The position numbers and the translations under genes are program-made. This document shows positions 55,383 to 64,000 of a DNA stretch of 64,000 bases, piece by piece (the stretch's first letter is position 1; the number at the start of each line of letters is the position of its first letter). Location of the stretch: positions 160,001-224,000 of the forward strand of contig CAVYJM010000006.1 of assembly GCA_963768855.1 (NCBI GenBank), read 5' to 3'. Source of the DNA: an uncultured Thermoplasmata archaeon. Its GTDB lineage: Archaea; Thermoplasmatota; Thermoplasmata; RBG-16-68-12. The notes beneath the pieces are model-generated. The model ran no database searches. It had not been told where the DNA came from and was given only the letters and a program-made list of their open reading frames with translations.

Positions 55383-56207
55383 ATGTGCGCCGCGGTCTCG
55401 GAGGTCGACCTCGATCGAACGTATCGAGGTATGATCGAGGACATGAGGAAGCGCGGTCGGATCCTCGTCGCGTTCTCCGGAGGTGTCGACAGCGGTCTCA
55501 TCGCGCGGATCGCCTTCGACGCGCTCGGCCCCGACGCGCTTGCCGTCCTCGCGGACGCAGAGTCCCTCTCTCGCCACGAGCTCGAGGAGGCGGTGGCCGA
55601 GGCCGCAGAGATCGGGATCCCGCTTCGGATCCTGCGGATGTCCGAGCTCATGAACGAGTCCTATGTCGCCAACCCGACGAACCGGTGCTACTTCTGCCGC
55701 AAGGAGCTTGGACGTAACCTGCGCCCTCTCGCCGCAGAGCTCGGGTTCGATGTGATCGCAGACGGTGTCAACGTCTCGGACCTAGGAGACCACCGCCCCG
55801 GGATCCAGGCCATGAACGAGGAGGGCTTCTGGCACCCCCTCGTCGAACATGGTCTCGGGAAGGCGGAGGTCCGTGCCCTCGCGCGGCAGCTCGGCCTCAG
55901 CTTCCACGACAAGCCGAGCAACGCATGTCTGTCATCTCGGATCGCCTACGGGGAGGTCATCACCGTGGAGAAGTTGCAGCAGGTCGACGTCGCAGAACAG
56001 GCTCTCCGGGTCCTGGGCTTCCCGGTCGTGCGGGTGCGTGCCCACGAAGGCATCGCGCGGATCGAGGTTCCGAAGGAGGACATCCCCCGCCTGACGGCGC
56101 CCGAGGTGTCCGAGAAGGCGCTGCAGGCCGTTCGGGACGCGGGCTTCGTCTACGTGACCGTGGACCTCCGCGGGTACCGGAGCGGATCGATGAACGAGGG
56201 CCTCTAG
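55383..56207 (+). CDS. larE: LarE-family ATP-dependent sulfur transferase
   Basis: AFSGGVDS, RCYFCR, DGVN..D..DHRPG, KPSNACLSSR..YG, DLRGYRSGS.N. Confidence 0.92.
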   Translation: MCAAVSEVDLDRTYRGMIEDMRKRGRILVAFSGGVDSGLIARIAFDALGPDALAVLADAESLSRHELEEAVAEAAEIGIPLRILRMSELMNESYVANPTNRCYFCRKELGRNLRPLAAELGFDVIADGVNVSDLGDHRPGIQAMNEEGFWHPLVEHGLGKAEVRALARQLGLSFHDKPSNACLSSRIAYGEVITVEKLQQVDVAEQALRVLGFPVVRVRAHEGIARIEVPKEDIPRLTAPEVSEKALQAVRDAGFVYVTVDLRGYRSGSMNEGL

Positions 56208-56647
56208 CGCTTCGCAACCAAGTACTTGCAATGGAGCTTCGTGAGGTCGTAGCAGTCCGGGCATGTCGCGGGCCAGTCGATCTCCTTCTGTAATCGCCGC
56301 GTCGTGTCGTCGCTCAGCACGTGCTCCATCTCGCAGGCTTCGTCGTGGTATTTGCCCTCGGGGACTCCGAGGTGGACCAGGAAGTATTCCATCGTGCAGT
56401 GCCGCCGCAGGATCTTCTGCGCGATGTCTTTGCCCTTCTTGGTCAGGGTCGCCCCTTGGTACTTCGCGTACTTGACGAGCTTCTCCTTCTGGAGCCGCTC
56501 GAGCATCTCCGTCACGCTCGAGGGCGCCACCTTCAGGTAGTGGGAGATCTCGCCGGTCTTGGCCGTGCTGTGGTTCTGCTCGGAGAGCAGGAAGATGTAC
56601 TTCAGGTACATCTCGACGTTCTCCGTCAGCTCGGGTGCCTTCGCCAT
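56204..56647 (-). CDS. DtxR/MntR family metal-dependent transcriptional regulator
   Basis: E.YLK.I, SVTEMLERL, LT.KG...A..I.RRH, EAC.MEH. Confidence 0.92.
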   Translation of the reverse strand: MAKAPELTENVEMYLKYIFLLSEQNHSTAKTGEISHYLKVAPSSVTEMLERLQKEKLVKYAKYQGATLTKKGKDIAQKILRRHCTMEYFLVHLGVPEGKYHDEACEMEHVLSDDTTRRLQKEIDWPATCPDCYDLTKLHCKYLVAKR

Positions 56648-56650
56648 AGT

Positions 56651-56664
56651 TTCGGCTTTCCCAA
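56651..56664. promoter_or_regulatory. Candidate DtxR-family operator TTCGG-CTTT-CCCAA (autoregulatory)
   Basis: Immediately upstream of the regulator ATG; same spacing as the box at 56787. Confidence 0.5.
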
Positions 56665-56786
56665 ACGGGCGACCCTCCATAAAGCCTCCAGCCGAACGGC
56701 TCCAGGCGGATATGTACTGTACTTGCGGTAGGCTTAGCCCGGTGGCGCAGCGGGCCCGGCGCGATTTAGGTTGTTCCGTGTTCTGT

Positions 56787-56800
56787 TTCGGCTGACCTAA
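56787..56800. promoter_or_regulatory. Candidate DtxR-family operator TTCGG-CTGA-CCTAA
   Basis: Imperfect palindrome abutting the TTAAATA TATA box of FTR1. Confidence 0.6.
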
Positions 56801-56849
56801 CCGTTAAATAATACAGTGTTATAGAGCGCGCTCGGACGAGGAATCGGTC

Positions 56850-57755
56850 GTGGCGACAGCAGGCATCGCACCGGGAGTGATCATCGGTCTGCGGGAGGGG
56901 GTCGAGGCCGCCCTCGTCGTGGGCATCATCCTGGGGTATCTCGTCAAGATCGATCGCCCCGGCCTTCGCCGGTACGTCTACGGGGGTACCGCGGCCGCGT
57001 TCGCCGCGAGCGCGGGACTCGCCGGAGCCCTGTTCCTCCTGGGCGCTGAGTTCGAGGGAAGCGCCGAGGCCGCCTTCGAAGGGTTCGCCCTCATCCTCGC
57101 GGTCGTCGTCCTGACCTCGATGGTCTTCTGGATGATGAAGGCGTCCAAGAGCCTCTCCGTCCACGTGCAGAAGCGGATCGACTCCTACCTGGACGGGAGC
57201 CACCTCTTCGGCCTCGTGGTCCTTTCGTTCCTCGTCGTCTTCCGGGAAGGGGTCGAGACGGCCCTCCTCATGTTCGGTGCAGGCGCGGAGACCTCCGCCG
57301 CGGATGCCACCCTCGGCGTCGGGATCGGTCTCCTGATCGCCGGCGTCATCGGTGTGGGCATCATGCGTCTATCGTGGCGAATCCCTCTCCACCGCTTCTT
57401 CCAGATCACGGGCGTGGCGCTCGTCGTGATCGGCGCGGGACTCTTCGCAACGGGAGTCAACGAGCTCCAGGAAGCGTTCGGTTGGACGGTCGGAAACGGC
57501 CTCGTGTACAACCTGCGTGCGGTCTTCTCGTCCGGCCCGGAGAACCCCCTGGGCTACCTGCTTCGCGGGATCGTCGGGTACAGCGACGCGCCGACCGTCC
57601 TCGAGTCGGTCGCCTACGTCGCCTACTGGATCTTCACGGGGCTCGTCTATCTCGGAATTCGGAGCGGCAAGATGTCGGTCGTGACCGATCCGCTCCGCAG
57701 GATGTGGAGATCCCTGGTGCCCCGCGCAGCGAAGGCGCCGCGCGAAACGGAATGA
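56850..57755 (+). CDS. FTR1/EfeU family iron permease
   Basis: Two REGxE motifs (LREGVEA, FREGVET); about 7 TM helices. Confidence 0.93.
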   Translation: MATAGIAPGVIIGLREGVEAALVVGIILGYLVKIDRPGLRRYVYGGTAAAFAASAGLAGALFLLGAEFEGSAEAAFEGFALILAVVVLTSMVFWMMKASKSLSVHVQKRIDSYLDGSHLFGLVVLSFLVVFREGVETALLMFGAGAETSAADATLGVGIGLLIAGVIGVGIMRLSWRIPLHRFFQITGVALVVIGAGLFATGVNELQEAFGWTVGNGLVYNLRAVFSSGPENPLGYLLRGIVGYSDAPTVLESVAYVAYWIFTGLVYLGIRSGKMSVVTDPLRRMWRSLVPRAAKAPRETE

Positions 57756-57833
57756 ACGGGCCTCCAGCTGCGGTGTTGGATTCGACAGGTGTGACGCGCC
57801 CGTGGGCCCGGCGCGCCGCTCGTCTCGCCGGCT

Positions 57834-58259
57834 CTACGGGTTGATCTTGATGGCTTTCGTCGGGCACGCGGTCTCGCACGCCATGCAGTCGATGCAGTCC
57901 GACTCCCGGATGGGCTCGGACTTGTCCGTGCGATACTGGTTGTACTGCTCGCCGCCCTTTTCCATGACCAGGTCGTTCCCGGTGCCCTTCTTGCCCGGAG
58001 CAAAGTTCCACTCGAAGACGTCGACGGGGCAGACGTCCATGCAGACGCCGTCCGCGACGCAGGCTTCCCAGTCCACCGCGACGTGGGTCCCGTGGATCCC
58101 GAGCTTCGTCGGATAGGGATTGCCGTTCGCGTCCGTCCGCTGGACGCCCTCGCCCAGGATCTTGTGGTTGTTGTGGGTGCCCGTCTCCGGATACTCATCG
58201 GGCTTGTTCATGAAATCCGGATCAATCGGCTTCGGTGCATAGTCCACCTCACGCGACAT
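57834..58259 (-). CDS. zfx: Zinc-containing ferredoxin (Thermoplasma/Sulfolobales type)
   Basis: PKPID, HNNH, YPTKLGIHGTHVAVDW..C.ADG.C.DVCP, CIDCMACETACP. Confidence 0.9.
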   Translation of the reverse strand: MSREVDYAPKPIDPDFMNKPDEYPETGTHNNHKILGEGVQRTDANGNPYPTKLGIHGTHVAVDWEACVADGVCMDVCPVDVFEWNFAPGKKGTGNDLVMEKGGEQYNQYRTDKSEPIRESDCIDCMACETACPTKAIKINP

Positions 58260-58460
58260 CAGGGTACCTCCGAATGGTATGAGACCCGGTCCTTGGAGGG
58301 GCCGGGCGGCTTTGGAATACGCCTTCCCCTTTTGAGGATTCCGGTATTACCGCGATGAATCTCTCCCGATACGCCCTGATATGTGCTAGCAACGCACGGC
58401 GGCGCCGCGCCTCCGGGGAATCGGCGAAACCTATTTGCCCGCACCGGCGCTCGCGGACTC

Positions 58461-59645
58461 GTGGCGCGGCGGGAGCGGGGCAGAGCGACGCGGGCGATCC
58501 ACGGTCGGCGTCGGAAAGGGTACGCTCCCCTCGTGACGCCGATTTACGCGAGCTCGACCTGGGCGCTCGACTCGGTCCGCCAGGGCGCGGACTTCTCCCA
58601 CGCAACGGCGCCCGCGGCGTTCTACACGCGATGGGGCAACCCCACCCTGCGCGATCTCGAGGACGTGCTCGCGGATCTCGAGGGCGGATCCCGCGCCCTC
58701 GTCGCCGGATCAGGGATGGGCGCGATCGCCTCCGCGATCCTGTCTTGCGTGGACGCGGGCGACCACGTCGTCGCGGGGGCAAGCCTCTACACGGCCACGA
58801 CGGAGATCTTCACGCGGCTCCTCCCGCGGTTCCAGGTCGGCACCACGTTCGTCGACCCGCGCGTCCCCGGGTCTTGGTCCGAGGCGGTGACGCCGGACAC
58901 CCGGCTCGTCTACGTGGAGTCCCCCGCCAATCCGACCATGATGATCACGGACTTCCGGGAGGCCGTGAAGGCGGCCCGGTCCGTCGGAGCGACCGTCCTC
59001 GCCGACAACACCTTCGCAACCCCCATCAACCAACGCCCGCTCGAGTTCGGGGTGGACGGAGTCCTGCACAGCGCCACGAAGTATCTGGGCGGGCACAGCG
59101 ACGTCGTGGCGGGCGCGTTCGTCGCGCGTTCCCCGCGGCTCTACAATCGCGTGTGGTTCAACTACAAGATGCTCGGCCCATCCCTGGGCCCGTTCGAAGG
59201 GTTCCTCGTGCGGCGCGGCGTGAAGTCCCTCCCGCTCCGCGTCCGCCAGCACAACGCGAACGCGCAGGCGCTCGCGGAGTTCCTCGAGGATCGGACCGCC
59301 GTGCGCGTCGTGCACTATCCCGGCCTACGGTCGTTCCCCCAGCACAGGCTCGCTCGTCAACAGATGGACGGCTTCGGGGCCATGCTCAGCTTCGAGCTGA
59401 AGGGCGGATACCGCGCGGGGAAGCGCTTCGTCGAGTCCGTCCGGGTGGCGACGCTCGCCGTGAGCCTGGGCGGGATGGAGACCCTCGTGCAGCATCCCGC
59501 CTCGATGACCCACGGTCCGCTCACGGACGCGGAGCGCAAGACGAGCGGAGTCACGGAGGGCCTGGTCCGCGTGAGCGTCGGGCTCGAGGACTTGGACGAC
59601 CTCCTCGCGGACTTCGAGCAGGCGGTCAAAGCGGCCTCCCGCTGA
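58461..59645 (+). CDS. PLP trans-sulfuration enzyme (cystathionine gamma-synthase/methionine gamma-lyase family)
   Basis: TRAIHG, YTRWGNPT, ESPANP, DNTFATP, HSATKYLGGHSD, VSLGG.ETL. Confidence 0.93.
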   Translation: MARRERGRATRAIHGRRRKGYAPLVTPIYASSTWALDSVRQGADFSHATAPAAFYTRWGNPTLRDLEDVLADLEGGSRALVAGSGMGAIASAILSCVDAGDHVVAGASLYTATTEIFTRLLPRFQVGTTFVDPRVPGSWSEAVTPDTRLVYVESPANPTMMITDFREAVKAARSVGATVLADNTFATPINQRPLEFGVDGVLHSATKYLGGHSDVVAGAFVARSPRLYNRVWFNYKMLGPSLGPFEGFLVRRGVKSLPLRVRQHNANAQALAEFLEDRTAVRVVHYPGLRSFPQHRLARQQMDGFGAMLSFELKGGYRAGKRFVESVRVATLAVSLGGMETLVQHPASMTHGPLTDAERKTSGVTEGLVRVSVGLEDLDDLLADFEQAVKAASR

Positions 59646-59658
59646 CCGAGCCGCCGGG

Positions 59659-60105
59659 CTACTTCAGCACGCCTTCGAAGCGGAGGAGTTTCTTCTTGTA
59701 GTCGAGGCCGCCCGTGAAGCCGCCCAGGCTGTCCGCCCCGACCACGCGGTGGCATGGGATGACGACGCCGATCGGATTCTTCCCTAGCGCGTTCCCCACC
59801 GCCCGTTGAGCGTTCGGGTGACCGATGGCCTTCGCAATCTGCCCGTACGTCGCGACCTTGCCGAAGGGGATCTGCCGCGTCGCCTCGTAGACGCGCCGCT
59901 CGAACGGCGTGGAGTCGCTCAGGTCGACAGGGATGGCCCGCAGATCTCGACGCCTCCCCTGGAAGTACTCCCGGATCTCTGCTTCGATGCGGTCCCCCCG
60001 GCCGTGTGTGGGTCGTTCGCGAGTGAAGCCCATTTCTCGAAGCCGGCCCGCCTCGGTCACGAGCCGGACGTTGCCGAGCGGGGTCGCCAGGACGCGCCGT
60101 TCCAT
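59659..60105 (-). CDS. ogt: Methylated-DNA-protein-cysteine methyltransferase
   Basis: IPFG...TYGQIA, RAVG.A..KNP, IPCHRVV. Confidence 0.93.
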   Translation of the reverse strand: MERRVLATPLGNVRLVTEAGRLREMGFTRERPTHGRGDRIEAEIREYFQGRRRDLRAIPVDLSDSTPFERRVYEATRQIPFGKVATYGQIAKAIGHPNAQRAVGNALGKNPIGVVIPCHRVVGADSLGGFTGGLDYKKKLLRFEGVLK

Positions 60106-60181
60106 GTTCGCACCGGGGCGGGGAAGGGCCGGGGCCGATATGGCGTTTGCCCCGGCGAACGCGGGCTCGCGCTCTGGCGGA

Positions 60182-63100
60182 TCAGGACTTCGCTTCGACG
60201 CCGAGCTGCGCCGCGAGGACTTTCAACTCTTCTTCCTTCTTCCGGAGTTTCTCCTCGCGGTCCAGGAGATCGAGAGCCTTCTTCTGGATGATCTTCACGC
60301 GGTTCTCGATGTCGCGTTTCCATTCGTCCATGTCGATCGTGCTCTTGCCCGCCTTCTCGGCCTCGACCAGCTTCGCCCTGAGCTTGTCGTTCTCCTGCTT
60401 CGCCTTCTCGATGCGCGCGGTCAGCTCTTCCTTCTCCGAATCCATGGCGCGGTCCTTCTGGTCGAGGATCTGGGCCCGGGATTCCAGGAGGTGGCTCTGC
60501 TCGTCGACCTTGACCTCGCGTCCGCGGAGCTTCTCCTCGCGGTCGAGGACATCGAGCGCCTTCTTCTGGAGGAATCGCATGTTCTTCGCGACCTCGGCCT
60601 GCATGGCGTCCGCCTGGGTTTTGAGCTTCTCGGCGTCGGTCCGGATGCCCTCGGCGTCCTTTCGGGCCTCCGAGGCCACGCGGTGGTCCTCGTCGACCTG
60701 CGCGGCCCGGGCCTCGTGCTCGCGGCGCAGACGCTCGAGGGTCTGCATCCCTTCCCGGAGTTCGGCGTCCCGCTGCGAGAGCGTCGCCTCGCGCTTCGCG
60801 AGTTCCTGATCCCGGCCGGTGACCCCCTTCTCGCGCGTGACGAGCTCCGCCTCCTTGCGGTTCAGGTCCTCCATGAGGTTGTCCGCGCGCTGGAGCTCGG
60901 TGGACAGGACCTGCTCCCGCGTCGTCACGTCCACGAGCTTGGCCTCCACCGCGGCGTGACGGCTCTCGTCTTCCGCCTGGCGCTTGTCCAGCTGGGCGGC
61001 CAAGGCACCGATCCGCTCGGCCTCCTGGTCTAGGGCCGTCTTGCGTCCCTTGAGGCTTTCCGTGGTCTCGAGCGTCTTCTTCTCCGCGTCGCTCAGGCGG
61101 GCCTGGAGGGCCCCAAGCTCCTTCGCTCGGGAACCGAGCTCGATCTCCTGCTCGCCGAGCCGCTGGGCCGCGTCGCGGAGCTGCGCGTTTTGGGCCTCGA
61201 GGTCCTTCTCCGCCTTCTCAGCGTCCGCACGCCTCCGCTCGATGACCGTCTGGGCCGCGGCGAGCTCATCGCCCTGCCGCTTCGCGGCCTTCTCCGCCTC
61301 GGCTGCGACGTACGCGCGCCGCTGCGCTTCCTCGATGAGCCGCTCGGCTTGCTGGGTCTGTTCTCCGGCCGCGTCCCGCGTGGCCTCCAGCTGTTTCAGC
61401 TCCTCATTCCGGCGCGCGGACCATCCGGCCTTCTCGGACTCGAAGGTCTGGCGGGTCTTCAGGAGCTCGTCCTCCATCGCTTTCAGCTCGCCGAAGCGCT
61501 TGTCGGCGCGGGCCGCGGATGCATCGATCTCGGCCTGCTTCGCGCTCTGTCCCTTCGCCTGGTCCTCGAGCCGCGTCCGCTCGATCTGCGCCTGGGTGAG
61601 GGTCGCGTTCACGCTGCGTTCCCTCTGCTCGAGGTCCTCCATGCGCTTCCGAATCTCGGTCTGGCGGGTCTCCGTGCTGGCGGCGAGTTGGGCCTCTTGG
61701 GACTTCAGTGTAGCCTGGAGGTCCTTCCATTCTTGCTGACGCGCGATGGCCTCGGCTTCGAACTTCTGGACCGTCTCGTCGAACTGAGTCCGGCGAGCGT
61801 TTTGCTCTTGCTCGCCATGGGCCAGGGCCTGCTCTCGGGCGGCGATCTCGGCGGCCCGGGCCTCCGCCTGCCGCTCGCGGGACTCGATCTCGCGGATGCG
61901 GGTCTCGAGGTCCTGCTCCTCGGACCGCAGTTCCTCCTCCCGGGCCGCGAGGGATTTCTCGCGAGCGGCCATCTCCTTGGCCTTCCCGCCCAGCTTTTCC
62001 TGGAGGGCGCTGGATTCCCGCTCGAGGCGCTCCCTCTCCGACAGGAGGTCGGCCTCCTTGGCGGCTAGGGATTGCCGGACCGCATCCGTCTCGTTGCGGA
62101 GCCGGAGGGATTCGGCATCGAGGCGCTCGCGCGTCTGCCCAAGCTCGAGTTGCCTCGCCTCGACCTGCTTCTCCATCGCCTGGTAATCGATCTTCTCCCG
62201 GGCGAGCCGGTCCTCGTCCGCCCGGAGGGCGGACTGCTGGCTCACGAGCGCCGCCTCGCGCGACACGAGATCCGCCTCGTGGACATCCAGTTCCCCCTTC
62301 CGCTGCAAGAGCTCCGCCTCGCGATCCTTGACCTTCTGGGTCTGGGTCGCAAGCTCGCGCTCGGACTGGGCCTTCCGGCCTGCGAGCTCCGCCTCCTGGG
62401 TCTGGAGGGTCTCCACGCGCTTCTCGAGGTCGACGGCTTGGTTCGCCGCCTCCTCGCGGAGGCTGCGTTCGCGGGACTCGATTTCGAGGGAGCGTTGCTC
62501 GAGGTCCGTCTGAAGCCGTTCTCCCTCCGCCTTCAGCGCGCTGGCGGCTCGCAGTCCCTCCGTGGCGAGCTTCTCACGCTTCACGATCTCGGTCTCGTTC
62601 CGCGCGACCCACTCGACGTCCGCCTGGACTTTCGTCTCGCGTTCCCCAAGCTCCTCTTCGCGCTGCTCCACCCGGATCATGCGGCCGGCCCAGGACTCGC
62701 GGAGGTCCTGCATCTCCTTCTCGAAGGTCTCTCTCTGCTCCTTGAGCAAGGCCTGCTCGGATTCGATCGTGGCCTGCCAGGTGCGGAGCTCCTCGGCCTT
62801 TCGGGCCTCCTCGTCCCGGAACTTCGCGGTCTTCCCTTCGAAGTCACGGGTCATCGCGCCGAGCTCGGCCTTGCGGGTCTCGACCTCGGCGCGCGCCTTC
62901 TCCAGCTTGTCCGCCTCGATCTCCAGCGTCTCTTCTCGGGCTGCGAGCTCGGAGAGCCGACGAGCGTTCTCCTCGGCCTGGCCTCGGATTTCAGCTTCAC
63001 GATCGGCCTGGCCCTGCTCCTTGGCCTCCAGCTCGATTTCCTTGGAAGCGATCCACTGGCTCTTCTCGAGCCTCAGGGCCTCGAACGTTTCATTGTCCTT

Positions 63101-64000
63101 TGTGAGTCGCATCCGCGCCTCGCCGAGCGTGCGCTCTTGGCTCGCGGTCTGCGCTTCGCGCTTTTGCATTTCCTGCGCGAACTCGGCCTTCTTCGCCTCG
63201 AGCTCCTGATGTTCCGCATCGAAGGCGCCCCTGGCGTCCTGGAGGAGCATCTTCTCCTGCGCGAGCGCGGTCTCGCGTTCCTTCAGCTGCTCCATCTGTT
63301 GCTCGATCTCCAGCGCTTTGGCAGCCACGAGGTCCTGCTGGCCTTGGGACACGTTGCGTTCCTCCGCGAGCGCCTTCTCGCGCGCCGCGAGATCGTCCTC
63401 CTTTTGGACGAGGGCAGCCTCGCGCGGACCGAGATTCTCCTTCAGGCTGGTCAGATCCTGAGTTTTCTTCGTGACGTCCGCCTCTTGCTCCGCGAGCGCG
63501 GCCGTCTTCGCGTCGAGAGCCTTGCGCTCCTCGACAGCCTCCAGCGTCAGGTCGTCCAGCGCCTTGCGCTCGTCTGCGAGGTCCTGCGCACGGGTGGCGA
63601 GCGCCACCTCCCGCGAGTGGAGATCCTCGAGCTGGGCGCGGATTTCCTTCTCCCGCGTCGACACGACGTCCTCCCTCAGGGCGAGGGCTGAGTCACGGGA
63701 TGAGAGTTCAGCCTCGCGTGCCGCGAGGCTCTGCTCGCGCGGTTCGAGGTCGGATAGCTTCGCCTGCAGGGTCCGCGCGGCATCCGCGTTTTCCTTCTCG
63801 CGTGCCTCGACCGCCGACATCGTCGCCTTGAGGCTCTCCTCTTCCTGATCGATCTGAACGCTGAGGTCGTCGAGCGATTTGCGTTCCTCGGCGAGTTCGG
63901 CTTGCAGGGCGTCGATCTGGTCGGCCTTTGTGCGGTAGTCTTCGAGGTCCGCGGTCAGCTTTGTCTGCGCCGCAGCAAGGGACTGATCCTTGTCCGCGAG
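60182..64000 (-). CDS. Very long coiled-coil protein (>1270 aa, start lies beyond the window)
   Basis: Frame is open from 64000 to 60182; continuous E/K/R/A/L/Q heptad-like sequence, almost no Pro, no NTPase motif in the visible part. Confidence 0.88.
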   Translation of the reverse strand, partial: LADKDQSLAAAQTKLTADLEDYRTKADQIDALQAELAEERKSLDDLSVQIDQEEESLKATMSAVEAREKENADAARTLQAKLSDLEPREQSLAAREAELSSRDSALALREDVVSTREKEIRAQLEDLHSREVALATRAQDLADERKALDDLTLEAVEERKALDAKTAALAEQEADVTKKTQDLTSLKENLGPREAALVQKEDDLAAREKALAEERNVSQGQQDLVAAKALEIEQQMEQLKERETALAQEKMLLQDARGAFDAEHQELEAKKAEFAQEMQKREAQTASQERTLGEARMRLTKDNETFEALRLEKSQWIASKEIELEAKEQGQADREAEIRGQAEENARRLSELAAREETLEIEADKLEKARAEVETRKAELGAMTRDFEGKTAKFRDEEARKAEELRTWQATIESEQALLKEQRETFEKEMQDLRESWAGRMIRVEQREEELGERETKVQADVEWVARNETEIVKREKLATEGLRAASALKAEGERLQTDLEQRSLEIESRERSLREEAANQAVDLEKRVETLQTQEAELAGRKAQSERELATQTQKVKDREAELLQRKGELDVHEADLVSREAALVSQQSALRADEDRLAREKIDYQAMEKQVEARQLELGQTRERLDAESLRLRNETDAVRQSLAAKEADLLSERERLERESSALQEKLGGKAKEMAAREKSLAAREEELRSEEQDLETRIREIESRERQAEARAAEIAAREQALAHGEQEQNARRTQFDETVQKFEAEAIARQQEWKDLQATLKSQEAQLAASTETRQTEIRKRMEDLEQRERSVNATLTQAQIERTRLEDQAKGQSAKQAEIDASAARADKRFGELKAMEDELLKTRQTFESEKAGWSARRNEELKQLEATRDAAGEQTQQAERLIEEAQRRAYVAAEAEKAAKRQGDELAAAQTVIERRRADAEKAEKDLEAQNAQLRDAAQRLGEQEIELGSRAKELGALQARLSDAEKKTLETTESLKGRKTALDQEAERIGALAAQLDKRQAEDESRHAAVEAKLVDVTTREQVLSTELQRADNLMEDLNRKEAELVTREKGVTGRDQELAKREATLSQRDAELREGMQTLERLRREHEARAAQVDEDHRVASEARKDAEGIRTDAEKLKTQADAMQAEVAKNMRFLQKKALDVLDREEKLRGREVKVDEQSHLLESRAQILDQKDRAMDSEKEELTARIEKAKQENDKLRAKLVEAEKAGKSTIDMDEWKRDIENRVKIIQKKALDLLDREEKLRKKEEELKVLAAQLGVEAKS

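Noticed and set aside
57770-57800. GGTGTTGGATTCGAC, reminiscent of a tmRNA or tRNA T-loop segment
   Set aside because: No acceptor stem, cloverleaf or 3' partner; the gap is too short
1-64000. CRISPR arrays, rRNA, tRNA, transposases, integrases
   Set aside because: No spaced direct repeats, cloverleafs or DDE/tyrosine recombinase motifs seen by eye; tRNAscan-SE and Infernal would be needed to exclude small RNAs

Overview
GC-rich archaeal chromosomal DNA, most likely from a Thermoplasmatota lineage. Evidence for this: archaea-specific GatD/GatE, a Thermoplasma-type zinc ferredoxin, RPA with an RPA-associated gene, a tandem KaiC/RAD55-like pair, TATA-type promoters and a TPP riboswitch. From about 13 kb onward the window is mostly housekeeping and metabolic genes (topA, thiE, sucCD, ilvE, purC, serB, gatDE, mdh, alaX, thrC, larE, DtxR with FTR1, ogt). 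It ends in a >1270 aa coiled-coil ORF that runs off the window. The first 13 kb look accessory: two paralogous VOC genes, two divergent wHTH-STAND NTPase-TPR genes around a coupled chain of micro-ORFs, and two paralogous micro-ORFs absent from the supplied ORF track that lie behind two copies of a 55-bp promoter element (42/55 identical). Other notable items: a TPP riboswitch over an AIR-synthase-family gene and thiE, a candidate DtxR operator shared by FTR1 and a distant double cupredoxin, a 15-aa Lys-rich micro-ORF, and three +1 frameshifts (pseudogenes or assembly errors). I saw no rRNA, tRNA, CRISPR array or transposase. All calls are by-eye motif recognition; no database searches were run.
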